Below, one piece after another: positions 9,051-19,051 of a stretch of 64,000 bases of DNA. Position numbers and translations under genes: made by a program. Position 1 is the first letter of the stretch, and each line of letters opens with the position of its first letter. This DNA comes from a bacterium (GTDB lineage Bacteria; UBA8248): positions 2,104,638 through 2,168,637 of the forward strand of contig OZ244713.1 in assembly GCA_965218885.1 (NCBI GenBank), read 5' to 3'. The notes under the pieces are model-generated. The model saw nothing but the letters and a program-made list of their open reading frames with translations. It was not told the DNA's origin and ran no database searches.

Positions 9051-9752
9051 TTAGCGTTTGCCCCATTTTTTCTTCTCCACCGTCTCTTCTTCTATCTCAT
9101 AGAAGCCCTCGAGGCCGATCAAGTCCTCTACCCCCTGGCGGGCGGCCATGAACTCCTCATGCGTCATGCCCGTGTAATCGCCCGTCTTGCGCACTTCCTG
9201 TAAGGCTTTTTTCATGAAATGGAAACTGACGGTGAGATACAAAATGGCGCGCGATGCCGCCGCCGCCGCCCCGAAAGAGCCGCACGTGCCCGTGGCCCGC
9301 CATCCCTTCAGGCGGTGCGCGGCCATGTTGACCGCCATGCCCACCCGCGCCGCCGTCTCATAACCCGCCGATACCGCTTCTAGAAACGTTTTTCCGTCCG
9401 TTCCCCCAAGTTCACAGGCGGCCAGAGCCGCCGGGATTACGGCCACGCCGGGGTGAAGCTTGGATTTACGGTGCAGATCGTCAAAGATCAGGACGTGGGC
9501 AAGGATGCCGTTCGTAAGAGCAGCGGTGGCCGGGTCGGCCCCGAAATCCCGGCCGATGATCGTACAGGGCCCGTTTCCCGAAGCCGCTTCGGCGGCGCGC
9601 AGGTGAACGCCCGCCTCCTCGGTTCCCAAAGCCCCCAGCGCGCAGCCCAGGTGATCAAGCAGGCAGAACTTCAGAAAATCGGGTATCTCCTTGGGCATAT
9701 CCTCGAGGCGCAGCCCCGACATGAATCCGGCAAGTTGTTTCGAGCGATTCAT
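9051..9752 (-). pseudogene. Chimeric ORF in which the N-terminal ~170 aa of MmgE/PrpD (copy of 14513-15010) is fused in frame to the C-terminal ~65 aa of the PrpB-like gene (copy of 12674-12882). It is the product of an internal deletion in a duplicated segment.
   Basis: The N-terminus [16 protein letters not shown]...GTCGSFGAAAAASRA is ~90% identical to 13628-15010. The C-terminus ILYLTVSFHFMKKALQEVRKTGDYTGMTHEEF...KKKWGKR is identical to the end of 12674-13585. Confidence 0.7.
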
Positions 9753-9779
9753 CGTATCCCTTGGGTGCGATGACGTCTC

Positions 9780-10152
9780 GGCGCAGTGCGCGCACGCGAA
9801 CGGGGCCGACGGGACACTCAAGGCGCACTACAGCAACTGGCGCTGGGTGGTGGCGTCCTGCCGTGATGGTTTCGTGCATACGGCGCCTGTGGGTTCGTTT
9901 CGGGCGAATGGATTCGGATTGCACGATATGCATGGAAATGTATGGGAATGGGTAGTGGATTGTTGGAATGTAAATTATAAAGGCGGCCGGCGCGCCGGCC
10001 ACGGCCCCGGAAAAATAGCATTTGGAGAAGATTGCATTGATGTTTTAACATGGAAACGTTACAATACGGATAAATACTATTGCGATAAAGAAAATGTCCC
10101 ACCTGCATGCTGTACGAGAAAGGTTTCCGGGCGTGCGAACGCCCGTACATAG
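9780..10152 (+). pseudogene. FGE-sulfatase (formylglycine-generating enzyme/SUMF1-like) domain. Only the C-terminal fragment is present.
   Basis: [22 protein letters not shown] is the hallmark FGE-domain motif. The ORF's 5' portion overlaps the antisense strand of the chimeric prpD remnant and has no FGE N-terminal region. Confidence 0.55.
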
Positions 10153-10176
10153 GGTGTGATGCCATAGGGAGGAGCC

Positions 10177-11385
10177 ATGATGCGCATATACTCTTCAAAC
10201 CGGGTCTTGCTCACCTTCTTATGCGCCGCCCTCGCGTTTGTTGCGGCCTCGTTGTGGGGCATGGATTCAGCGCTTGCAGAGGTGCGCAACCCCAAGGGCG
10301 TAGCGGTGATCGTGGGCAACAAGGACTATGAGCACCGCGACATCCCCGACGTCTCTTTCGCCCACCGGGACGCGGACGCCTTTAAGCGCTACGCCGTGGA
10401 CGTGCTGGGTTTCGATCTCAAGAACATCATCGACCTTCGAGACGCTAGGCGCAGAAGGATGTTTGACGCGCTGGGCAGCGAGCGTTCGCCACAGGGGGAG
10501 TTGTGGAGCTACCTCGATCCCGACGGTGGTTCGGACGTCGTGGTGTTCTACTCGGGCCACGGTGTTCCGGGGATGAAGGACAAGCGCGGCTACCTGCTGC
10601 CCGTGGACGGGAGTCCGCACGCGGCGGAAGAAGACGGTTATCCGATCGACCTCCTCTACAAGAACCTGGGGAGTCTCAAGGAAGCGCGTTCGGTGGTGGT
10701 GTATGTGGACGCGTGTTTTTCGGGGAGCAGCGCTGGAGGGAACCTGACGCGTTCGGCGAGTCCGGTCTATGTGCGCGCGGCGCTGCCGAAGGAACTATCG
10801 AAGAAAGTGACGGCGCTGACGGCGGCGAGCGGCAAGCAGTTGGCCTCGTGGGATGATCGTGCGCGTCACGGGTTGTTCACGCATCATCTTCTGGATGCGC
10901 TCTACGGCAAGGGAGATGACGACAAGGACGGCAAGGTGACGGCCAAAGAGGCGAAGAGGTATCTGGACAAGCGGATGACGCGGGCGGCGCGGCGTCAATA
11001 CCGGCGGGTGCAGAATGCGTCGCTGATGGGCTTGAAAGATGCCGTGTTGTCGGTGGCTCGATTCCCGGAGCGCCAGTCTCTGGGCGGCGGGGCGAAGGCC
11101 GTAAAGAAAAAGACAGAAAAAGTCACAACGCTGCTGAAGTCGCCCGTCGTGGACAATGAGCCTGCCCTCGACAGGGAGAAGAAGGTACTGGTGCAGCGCG
11201 GCCTTGGTTCCCTGAAATTCGACCCGGGTCCGGCCGACGGGGCGTTCGGACCGAAGACGCGCGAAGCCATCCGTGGGTGGCAGAAGGCGAAGGGCTACGA
11301 AGAGACGGGCCGCCTCACACAAGAGCAGGCGGATGCGCTGGCCGCTGCAGGAAAATCCGGGAGGAGCGCTCCCTCGGGCGGGTGA
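10177..11385 (+). CDS. Secreted caspase-like (peptidase C14) domain protein with a C-terminal peptidoglycan-binding (PG_binding_1-like) domain.
   Basis: It has an N-terminal signal peptide (LLTFLCAALAFVAASLWG). The caspase core has the His site YSGHG and the Cys site YVDACFSG. The C-terminus GLGSLKFDPGPADGAFGPKTREAIRGWQKAKGYEETGRLT matches the PG-binding repeat. Confidence 0.7.
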   Translation: MMRIYSSNRVLLTFLCAALAFVAASLWGMDSALAEVRNPKGVAVIVGNKDYEHRDIPDVSFAHRDADAFKRYAVDVLGFDLKNIIDLRDARRRRMFDALGSERSPQGELWSYLDPDGGSDVVVFYSGHGVPGMKDKRGYLLPVDGSPHAAEEDGYPIDLLYKNLGSLKEARSVVVYVDACFSGSSAGGNLTRSASPVYVRAALPKELSKKVTALTAASGKQLASWDDRARHGLFTHHLLDALYGKGDDDKDGKVTAKEAKRYLDKRMTRAARRQYRRVQNASLMGLKDAVLSVARFPERQSLGGGAKAVKKKTEKVTTLLKSPVVDNEPALDREKKVLVQRGLGSLKFDPGPADGAFGPKTREAIRGWQKAKGYEETGRLTQEQADALAAAGKSGRSAPSGG

Positions 11386-11439
11386 GGCGGAGCGTGAGTT
11401 TGGGCTACGGTGAAGGAGAGTCAGTCTCCCTCGGACCTC

Positions 11440-11775
11440 GAAGCGCTCGAACAACCCCTTATCGCGCGGAAGTTCATCAGTGAAGAGGATAGCTCCCCAG
11501 CGAATGAGCAGCCACCGGTAGGGCAGAGAGGCCACGTGGCTCACCTGATCCTGGATGGACCAGGAGCCCCAACTCTTCTCCTCTCTCGTTCTCCGCAATG
11601 TCTCCTCGGGGAGATTCTTCGTTTCTTTTGCATATAATTCAACGACTTGCGGGATTTCGGGGAAAAGCGAGCGCGCTGAATTCTCTCGTTCCTGCATCGT
11701 CTGGATTCCTCCGGGCTGGTGTATGATGCTCCGCAGTACTGGCCTGAATCGGGCCGGGGATCTCTCGGAAAACAC
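11440..11775 (-). pseudogene. Duplicated 5' portion (~113 codons) of the DinB-like gene. It is truncated, and the ORF runs on into unrelated antisense sequence of the caspase gene.
   Basis: The first 113 aa are near-identical to 7400-8149, and identity stops at the duplication boundary (~11440). Confidence 0.7.
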
Positions 11776-12673
11776 CTCGTTAATTTTCAGAAAAACCCCG
11801 TCAATTTATCGAAAAACCCCGTGAATTTATCGATATTTTCAGAAATTCCTTATTCTCGAACGCGGCGATGCGCTTCGCAATCATACACGCGCGCGCCTGG
11901 AGTCCGATGACGGCAAATGCGGGAAAATTAGCCCCTCCGCCGCATCCCGGCGGGTCCGTGCCGGATCATTGCGCAGCCATCTTCCAAAGTCTGATTCGCA
12001 ACACCTTGCTTACGGTTACGTTCCTGCGCCCCATAACGTTCACTCAGGAACCACCTCCGATGTGGCGCGCCCCATGAGTTCATTCGAGAAATCACAGAAC
12101 CTGAGATAGAAATTATATTCGAGAATGGATATAAAGCGCAGCCTCCATGGACGCCCTCTTAAGCCCGAGGAAGTTCGGCGCTTCACGGATATGGCATGTC
12201 GAATTGCGAGGATATTGATGTCAATGGGAAATGATACCGAGGATACACCTCAGGTTTTTTTAGGGGCGAATCGTCTCTAACCGGGGAAAGATTGGCTGTC
12301 TATCTAAACAACCACCTCCCCTGATATCATCGCCATCCCGTTCAGATTGTCGTCATTCGCGAGTTCGACCACGAACCGGTTCGCCCCTCGTAACCCGTCA
12401 GCCTGTCCTTGACGTGGGTGGTGCAATCGGGCCGGGCCTGCTCGCCGTCGTTAATGACGTCGACTCCCGCCTCCACCCGTTTCTCCACGTCGTCTTCTAT
12501 CGCGCGCGCCACGGCGACATCGAGATCGCCGGAATCGGCGCCGCCTTCCTCCTGGGCCGGCAACAAATCGACCACTTACTGCGGGCGCGGCAGGCTTTCC
12601 GTGTGGGTCGTGAGATTCTCTCCGTGCTGCGCTTCATGGTTTGACGCCCTTCTTTCTTCTCAAAAACCGGCCC

Positions 12674-13585
12674 TTAGCGTTTGCCCCATTTTTTCTTCTC
12701 CACCGTCTCTTCCTCGATCTCGTAGAAGCCCTCGAGGCCGATCAAATCCTCTACCCCTTGGCGGGCGGCCATGAACTCCTCATGCGTCATGCCCGTGTAA
12801 TCGCCCGTCTTGCGCACTTCCTGTAAGGCCTTTTTCATGAAATGGAAACTGACGGTGAGATACAAAATGGCGTCGATGCAGGCGACGTAGCCCATCTCGG
12901 CCATCTGGGTTTCCGAGTAGAGCGGCCTTCCGTCCCTGTTGCCCCGGCTCTGGACGTACACCAGGGGAATCTTGGACTTCTCGGGGGCGGCGAGGGCTTC
13001 CTTGTGGTTCCGGGGAAAGACGAGGCCCATATCCGCGCCCACGTCCGCGGCCATGTTCACGCGCTTGACCGCCTCGCCGATGCCCCGGAAGCGCGCCGTA
13101 TCCGAACGCGCGATGATGACGAAATCCTTGTCCGTCTCGTCGCGCTGGCGACACGCCATCTTGATCTTGTCGACGAATTCCCTGGCCGGAATCGCGTGCG
13201 CGACGTATTTATGATAGTGCGCGCGCTTGGGGTAGAACTGATCCTCGATGTGAATCCCGGCTATGCCCGCGCGAATGAACTCCCGCACGGAGCGCATGGT
13301 GTGCATCGGCTCGCCGAAGCCCGCCCCGCCGTCTGCGAGGGTGGGTATTTTCACCGCGTTCGCGACGTCTCCGGCCACGTCCACCTGCTCGCGCATCGTC
13401 ACCATCGGCTCGGTGATGCAGCGCGAACCACCCGTCACGAAACCGCCCGTATAGGTCGCCTTAAAGCCCAGGCTCTCCGCCAGCCTGCCCCCGATGGGAT
13501 CGTAGGCGACGGGCATGAAGATGAAATTTCCCCTTTTCAGCAGGGCGCGGAACTTGGTGGTGTTGCGGCGAATGGCCATTTGCAT
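12674..13585 (-). CDS. Isocitrate lyase/PEP mutase-family enzyme (PrpB-like 2-methylisocitrate lyase or carboxyvinyl-carboxyphosphonate phosphorylmutase-like).
   Basis: MQMAIRRNTTKFRALLKRGNFIFMPVAYDPIGGRLAESLGFKATYTGGF... together with the IARSDT/EDQ motifs typical of ICL/PEPM-fold enzymes. Confidence 0.65.
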   Translation of the reverse strand: MQMAIRRNTTKFRALLKRGNFIFMPVAYDPIGGRLAESLGFKATYTGGFVTGGSRCITEPMVTMREQVDVAGDVANAVKIPTLADGGAGFGEPMHTMRSVREFIRAGIAGIHIEDQFYPKRAHYHKYVAHAIPAREFVDKIKMACRQRDETDKDFVIIARSDTARFRGIGEAVKRVNMAADVGADMGLVFPRNHKEALAAPEKSKIPLVYVQSRGNRDGRPLYSETQMAEMGYVACIDAILYLTVSFHFMKKALQEVRKTGDYTGMTHEEFMAARQGVEDLIGLEGFYEIEEETVEKKKWGKR

Positions 13586-13627
13586 CTCCTGTACGGCGAA
13601 ATATGAACCTCTCGGATTTTCCTGGTT

Positions 13628-15010
13628 TTATACTTTTTGAGTTTTCTCGAGGGCAACGAGTTCCTTGAGCTGCGAGAGATTGGGCTGCTCCTCGACACTC
13701 ATCACGAAATCGATGACGGCGTCCTGACTCCCCCGTACAAGCACGGGTGCCGTAAGATCACGGAATTTCTCGACGACCGCCTCCTCGGCGGGCCTGTTTT
13801 CCGGATCGCCCCGGCAGTATTCGACGCGCTCGTGGATGTGCTCGCCATTTTTCAGGTGAAACGTCACGTCGCACGGCTTCTTCTCGTGGTAGATGGCCGT
13901 GAGTTCCGGGTCGGCCTCCACCTGCGTGGCTTTGGCGAATCGCACCAGTTCCGGGTCGTATAAGGATTCGCCCTCGAGATCGGACGGCGAAACCTTGCCC
14001 CGCCTCAGCACAACCGCCATGGCGTATCCCATGTGAAAGATCATCTTGGCGGGCGGACCCGGCTCAAAATCCCAGCCGCACTGGATTTTCGTAATCTCAC
14101 CGGCCCGAATCGAGGTGCGCTCGACGTCCTCGAGCCTCAGGCCATGCTTTTGGCGGGCAAAGAGCGCGGCGTCGATGCCCGTCTGGCTGCTGTGGCAGGT
14201 GGGGTAGAGTTTGATGGAGGTGTCCATGAGCCAATACCGATCGCCCAATCCGTCGGTGAGAATCCCAGGGTTAGGGTCCCTGGTCGTCATGGAGAAAAAG
14301 CCCCCATCGACCGCTTCCAGGGGATCGGATGAGCCTCTGAAGCCTCCCCCGGCCAGAAGCGCCGAGACCACTCCGTTTCTGGCGGCCGTTCCCGCCGCCA
14401 GGTAAAGCTCCATCCCTGAGCCTTGCGTGAAGGCGAAATTACCCGAAGCCTGCCCCGCCGCCGCTGCGATGGCGTGGTGCAGGGTTTCGGACGAGTGATT
14501 CATGGCGCGCGATGCGGCGACGGCGGCCCCGAAAGAGCCGCACGTGCCCGTGGCCCGCCATCCCTTCAGGCGATGCTCGGCCATGTTGACCGCCATGCCT
14601 AAGCGCGCCGCCGTTTCATAACCCGCCGATATCGCTTCTAGAAACGTTTTTCCGTCCGCTCCCCCGAGTTCGCAGGCGGCCAGAGCCGCCGGGATCACGG
14701 CCACGCCGGGGTGAAGCTTGGACTTGCGATGCAGATCGTCAAAGATCAGGAGGTGGGAAAGGATGCCGTTCGTGAGAGCGGCGGTGGCCGGGTCGGCCCC
14801 GAAATCCCGGCCGATGATCATACAGGGCCCGTTTCCCGAAGCCGCTTCGGCGGCGCGCAGGTGAACGCCCGCCTCCTCGGTTCCCAAAGCCCCCAATGCG
14901 CAGCCTACGTGATCCAGCAGGCAGAACTTCAGAAAATCGGGTATCTCCCTGGGCGTATCCGCCAGGCGCAGCCCCGACATGAATCCGGCAAGTTGTTTCG
15001 AGCGATTCAT
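13628..15010 (-). CDS. MmgE/PrpD-family protein (2-methylcitrate dehydratase-like).
   Basis: 460 aa with the typical MmgE/PrpD N-domain and C-domain arrangement. It lies upstream of the PrpB-like gene. Confidence 0.7.
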   Translation of the reverse strand: MNRSKQLAGFMSGLRLADTPREIPDFLKFCLLDHVGCALGALGTEEAGVHLRAAEAASGNGPCMIIGRDFGADPATAALTNGILSHLLIFDDLHRKSKLHPGVAVIPAALAACELGGADGKTFLEAISAGYETAARLGMAVNMAEHRLKGWRATGTCGSFGAAVAASRAMNHSSETLHHAIAAAAGQASGNFAFTQGSGMELYLAAGTAARNGVVSALLAGGGFRGSSDPLEAVDGGFFSMTTRDPNPGILTDGLGDRYWLMDTSIKLYPTCHSSQTGIDAALFARQKHGLRLEDVERTSIRAGEITKIQCGWDFEPGPPAKMIFHMGYAMAVVLRRGKVSPSDLEGESLYDPELVRFAKATQVEADPELTAIYHEKKPCDVTFHLKNGEHIHERVEYCRGDPENRPAEEAVVEKFRDLTAPVLVRGSQDAVIDFVMSVEEQPNLSQLKELVALEKTQKV

Positions 15011-15093
15011 CGCATCCCTTGTGAGCGATGAAAAAGCGCAGCCGCGCCCGCACCCGAGCGGACGCGGCGCGCCGTTTCATCCGGCAAGTGAAA

Positions 15094-16137
15094 TTAGTTG
15101 CCGGTCAGTATCTTGAGCGAGTCCTTGGTCCATTTGTCTCGCATCTTGTCCATCTCGTTCGGGTCCCACCAGTGGTATTTGAGGTCGGAGAGCTTCACGC
15201 CCTCCACGCTGGTGAAATCCTTGCGCAGAGAAAACTTGCCCTTGTCGGAAACCACATTCTGGCCCTCGAGGCTCGAGAGCCATTCGATCAGCACTTTCGC
15301 GCCGGCGGGGTTGGGGCCGCCCTTGGTGATCGCCATCGGGGCGACGAGCAGTGCGCCGCCTTCTTTGGGGAACACCTCTTTGATGGGTGCGTTCTTGCCG
15401 CCCGGGTAGGGGCCGTCGCGGCGAACGAGCATGGAGAGATTCACGCCGAAGTGGCGCTCGCCCGATTTCACCTTGTTGTTCGTGGTGCCGTGGCTGCGCA
15501 CCATCATGGCGTTGTTGTCGCGCGTCTTGATAAACCAGTCGCGCCCGAAGAGCTTGTACATCGTGAACACGAAGTAATAGTGTCCGCCGCCGATCTTCGG
15601 ATCGCCGAAGCTGATCTTGCCCTTCCACTTGGGCTTGTGGAAGTCGAGCCAGCTGTTGGGGATGTCGCCGCCCTTGACGAGTTCGGGGTTGTAGGAAATG
15701 TATTGCAGCCAGGAGGTGTGATAGAAGTAGCCGCAATCCTTCGCCACGGCCCAGTCACGATAGTCCTTGTAGTTCGGGCTGCAATAACGGGTGAGCTGGT
15801 TTTTTCTGTTGAAGCTCAGGAACATTCCCGGATCGGCGGTGGAAATGGCGTCCATGCGCACCTTTCCGGCCCTCAACTCCTGCTTGTAGAGATTGGCGAT
15901 TTTGCCGGACTGGCTCCGGATCATCTTCGCCTTGATGCCGTACTTGGCGAATTTCTTGTTGAACGCCTTGTTCAGTTTTCGCTGGGCGGGCTTGAAGATG
16001 ATGTTGTACACGATGATCTGCCCGCCTTTGGTGCCGGCCGCCATTTTGAGCGTTTCCTTGTCGGCGCCGTGCGCGGCGCCCGCCGCCAGGCCCACCGACA
16101 GCACCAGGCTAATGATGAGGGTTGTCCACTTCTTCAT
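15094..16137 (-). CDS. ABC transporter periplasmic substrate-binding protein (Fe3+/polyamine/phosphonate family, bacterial extracellular SBP family 1).
   Basis: It has a signal peptide and an SBP fold. It is co-oriented with the ATPase and permease. Confidence 0.7.
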   Translation of the reverse strand: MKKWTTLIISLVLSVGLAAGAAHGADKETLKMAAGTKGGQIIVYNIIFKPAQRKLNKAFNKKFAKYGIKAKMIRSQSGKIANLYKQELRAGKVRMDAISTADPGMFLSFNRKNQLTRYCSPNYKDYRDWAVAKDCGYFYHTSWLQYISYNPELVKGGDIPNSWLDFHKPKWKGKISFGDPKIGGGHYYFVFTMYKLFGRDWFIKTRDNNAMMVRSHGTTNNKVKSGERHFGVNLSMLVRRDGPYPGGKNAPIKEVFPKEGGALLVAPMAITKGGPNPAGAKVLIEWLSSLEGQNVVSDKGKFSLRKDFTSVEGVKLSDLKYHWWDPNEMDKMRDKWTKDSLKILTGN

Positions 16138-16167
16138 CTTGCACCTCCTTTGAGATTGAGAAGACAG

Positions 16168-17250
16168 CTACGATTCAACGACGACGCATCGCTCCGGCTT
16201 GGCGGAGACGACCACTTCCTGACCCGTTTCGAACACCTGCGTTGGCTCCGCATGTATCTCGAGCGCCTTTCCGGAAACTTCGACCGCAAATATGGTCGAC
16301 TCCCCCAGGAAAGTAGAATGAATCACCCTGCCATTCCAATGATTCGGTGAATCGCCCCCATCTTGCGGCGCGGACAACCGGAGCGCCTCGGGACGAATCG
16401 AGACGTATACCTTCTCCTCATCCGGCATATGCTGGTCGCCGATGGAAATCTCGATTCCCTCATCCGAAAGAACGAGTGGTTCACCTTCCGCCCCCGCCTT
16501 CTTCGCACCCCCGAAAAGGTTCGTGGTTCCCATGAAACTGGCGACGAAGCGGTTCTGGGGCCGATTGTAGATTTCACGCGGGTCGGCGATCTGCTGCAGC
16601 ACCCCGTGATCCATGATGGCGATGCGATCAGAAAGCGCCATGGCTTCCGTCTGATCGTGGGTGACGTAGACGGCCGTGAAATTCAGCCTCTCCTGCAACT
16701 CCCGAATCTCGAGGCGCATCTGCACGCGCAGATTCGCGTCGAGGTTGCTCAGGGGCTCGTCGAACAACAGCAGGGAAGGTTCCGAAACCAGGCTCCGCGC
16801 GAGGGCTACGCGCTGCTGCTGGCCGCCGCTTATCTGGGTGGAGTAGCGGTGCTCCATGCCGTCGAGTTGAACGAGTTTGAGCGCGTTCATGACTTTTCCG
16901 GAAATGTCTCTGCCCGGCACCCCCCGCGCCCTCAATGGGTAGCCGACGTTCTCGAACAGCGTCATGTGCGGCCAAACGGCGTAGGATTGGAACACCATGC
17001 CCATTTCGCGCTTTTCGGGCAGAACGAAAACGCCGCCATCGATGTCGGTGACGACACCCTCGCCGAGAATGATGCGCCCGGCGGTCGGCCGTTCGAGGCC
17101 CGCGATGCACCGGAGCGTCGTCGTCTTGCCGCATCCGCTCGGGCCGAGGAGGGTCAGCATCTCCCCTTCTTCGACTTCCAGGTCGAGGGCATCCACCGCG
17201 CGCACTTCGTCGAAGTGTTTCGATAGATTCTCGATGGTCAGCGATGGCAA
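16168..17250 (-). CDS. ABC transporter ATP-binding protein (PotA/FbpC-like) with a C-terminal TOBE-like domain.
   Basis: It has Walker A GPSGCGKTT, the signature LSGGQQQRVALAR and Walker B LLLFDEP. Confidence 0.9.
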   Translation of the reverse strand: MPSLTIENLSKHFDEVRAVDALDLEVEEGEMLTLLGPSGCGKTTTLRCIAGLERPTAGRIILGEGVVTDIDGGVFVLPEKREMGMVFQSYAVWPHMTLFENVGYPLRARGVPGRDISGKVMNALKLVQLDGMEHRYSTQISGGQQQRVALARSLVSEPSLLLFDEPLSNLDANLRVQMRLEIRELQERLNFTAVYVTHDQTEAMALSDRIAIMDHGVLQQIADPREIYNRPQNRFVASFMGTTNLFGGAKKAGAEGEPLVLSDEGIEISIGDQHMPDEEKVYVSIRPEALRLSAPQDGGDSPNHWNGRVIHSTFLGESTIFAVEVSGKALEIHAEPTQVFETGQEVVVSAKPERCVVVES

Positions 17251-17265
17251 GGAGCCTCTCCTCCA

Positions 17266-18996
17266 CTATCGGTAGACGGGGGTCACATCCACCTTGAAAA
17301 CCCACTTGAACACGGAAATGACGACGAACATGATCGCCGTCAGAAGCAATGCGCCCGCGCACATGATATTCAACTCCCCGTCCGTCCACTGCTCGAAGAT
17401 CAAAACGGGCAGAACGCGCGTCTCGTGCGTAGTCAAAAGAACCGCCGTGGATATTTCGCGCAGGAAAATGATGAACAGCAAAATCCAGGTGGAATAAATG
17501 CCCGGACGCAAGAGGGGGAAGATGATCCGCCGGAAAGTGAGGAACCAGCTACCCCCGTGAACCCGGCTGCTCTCCTCGAGCTCTCCGTGCACCTGCACCA
17601 CGTTCGCCCCCAGGGCGCGGACGCCGTAGGGCATGAACAGCGTGAGGTACGCGACGACGAGAATCCAGACGGTCGCCCAAATCGGCCACTGGATATACGC
17701 CCATATCATCCCCAGGCCCATGACGATTCCGGGAATTCCCACCGGCATGACGCTCACCTGCTCAAGAATGCCGCGGCCGGGCGCCTTGCTCTTGTGGATG
17801 ATGTAGGCGATGACGGCCGTCATGAGCACGCTGATGGTCGCCCCGCCCGTGGAGAGGTACATCGAGCGGATGAAGGAGTCGAGCAAATCGGGGTTCGTGA
17901 AAAAGACCTCCCAGTTCTCCATCGTCCACAGCCCGAACTTGGGCGTGGCGTAGGGCTGCATGCTGACCTTGATGAGCACCAGCCCGGGCAGGATGACGGC
18001 GAGCAGCGCGTAGAGCGCCGTGAACAAATAGGCGAAGGGCGTCAGGCGGCCGAGAGAGTAGAGCTTGAGGCGAAACCCACGTCCGCTCACCAGGGCGTAG
18101 GAGCCTTTTCTGAGAATCCACCGCTGCAAGAGGATGCAAATGGCGGTGATGGCCATCAGCGTAAGGGCGGCGACGGTCGCCTCCCCGTACAGGGGCGGGG
18201 CGAAAACCGATTTTGCGAAAATATCCGTCGCCAGCACCACGATCCGCGCCGGAAAACCCAAAATGGCCGCCACGCCGAAGATCCCCATCGTAATGACGAA
18301 CACGAGCGTCATGCCCGAGAGGATGGCGGGAAGAATGACCGGAAACGTCACCCGCGTCAGGGTGCGGAACAAGCCCGCTCCCGACATGAACGAGGCCTCC
18401 TCATACGTCGTGTCCACCGAGCGGAGCGCCGCCGAGGTGAACAGAAACATATAAGGCGCCATGTATATGCCCGAGACCCAGATGATCCCCCAGACGGAGT
18501 ACACGTTGATGGGCAGTCCCGTCCAGAGTTTGACCATCCCGTTGGTGGGGTTGCCCAGAAGAATCCAGGCGAGCGCGCCGACGAAGGTGCTGGTGAAAAA
18601 CGGAAGAATGGCGGAAAGCTCCACCCAGCGCTTCCCGCGCATGTCGGTCTTCACGACCAGCCAGGCCAGGGGCGAGCCGATGATCGTCGCCAGGAAGACC
18701 ACGCCGAAACCGACCAGCAGGGTTCTGCCCACCGTGCGCCAGTAGCCCGGATTGCCGAAAACGACGCGGAAGTGCTCGAGCGTCCACACGCCTCCCTCCC
18801 CGGGAGGTTCGGACTGAAACGCGCCGTAGAACAGGTTGAGAACGGGAGCGAGGACGAACCACAGAACCAGCACCGTCATCACAACGACCGTGACGACCTC
18901 GAACGGCGTGACGCCCGCCGCGCGCAGCCTTCTGAGCGGCGCGTGGAAATAGCGCTCGAGCGCCCCTCCCGGGTTCTGAACAACTGTTTCGGCCAT
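17266..18996 (-). CDS. ABC transporter permease with two fused permease domains (FbpB/iron(III)-type).
   Basis: 576 aa and about 12 TM segments, with two EAA-like loops. Confidence 0.8.
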   Translation of the reverse strand: MAETVVQNPGGALERYFHAPLRRLRAAGVTPFEVVTVVVMTVLVLWFVLAPVLNLFYGAFQSEPPGEGGVWTLEHFRVVFGNPGYWRTVGRTLLVGFGVVFLATIIGSPLAWLVVKTDMRGKRWVELSAILPFFTSTFVGALAWILLGNPTNGMVKLWTGLPINVYSVWGIIWVSGIYMAPYMFLFTSAALRSVDTTYEEASFMSGAGLFRTLTRVTFPVILPAILSGMTLVFVITMGIFGVAAILGFPARIVVLATDIFAKSVFAPPLYGEATVAALTLMAITAICILLQRWILRKGSYALVSGRGFRLKLYSLGRLTPFAYLFTALYALLAVILPGLVLIKVSMQPYATPKFGLWTMENWEVFFTNPDLLDSFIRSMYLSTGGATISVLMTAVIAYIIHKSKAPGRGILEQVSVMPVGIPGIVMGLGMIWAYIQWPIWATVWILVVAYLTLFMPYGVRALGANVVQVHGELEESSRVHGGSWFLTFRRIIFPLLRPGIYSTWILLFIIFLREISTAVLLTTHETRVLPVLIFEQWTDGELNIMCAGALLLTAIMFVVISVFKWVFKVDVTPVYR

Positions 18997-19051
18997 AAAA
19001 CCTCGCCTCTCGCCCTACCCTCGGCCTATGAGAGCAGCCGCGCCGGCGGCG

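Noticed and set aside
9691-9780. N-terminal 30 aa of ORF 9691-10152 as a genuine part of an FGE protein.
   Set aside because: That stretch is antisense to the prpD-derived chimera and shows no FGE similarity. Only the part from ~9780 onward carries FGE motifs.
12842-13606. 254-aa plus-strand ORF.
   Set aside because: It is antisense to the PrpB-like ICL/PEPM-family gene, which has clear family motifs.
15028-16350. 440-aa plus-strand ORF overlapping the SBP and ATPase genes.
   Set aside because: It is antisense to two clearly recognisable ABC-transporter genes, and its composition is artefactual.
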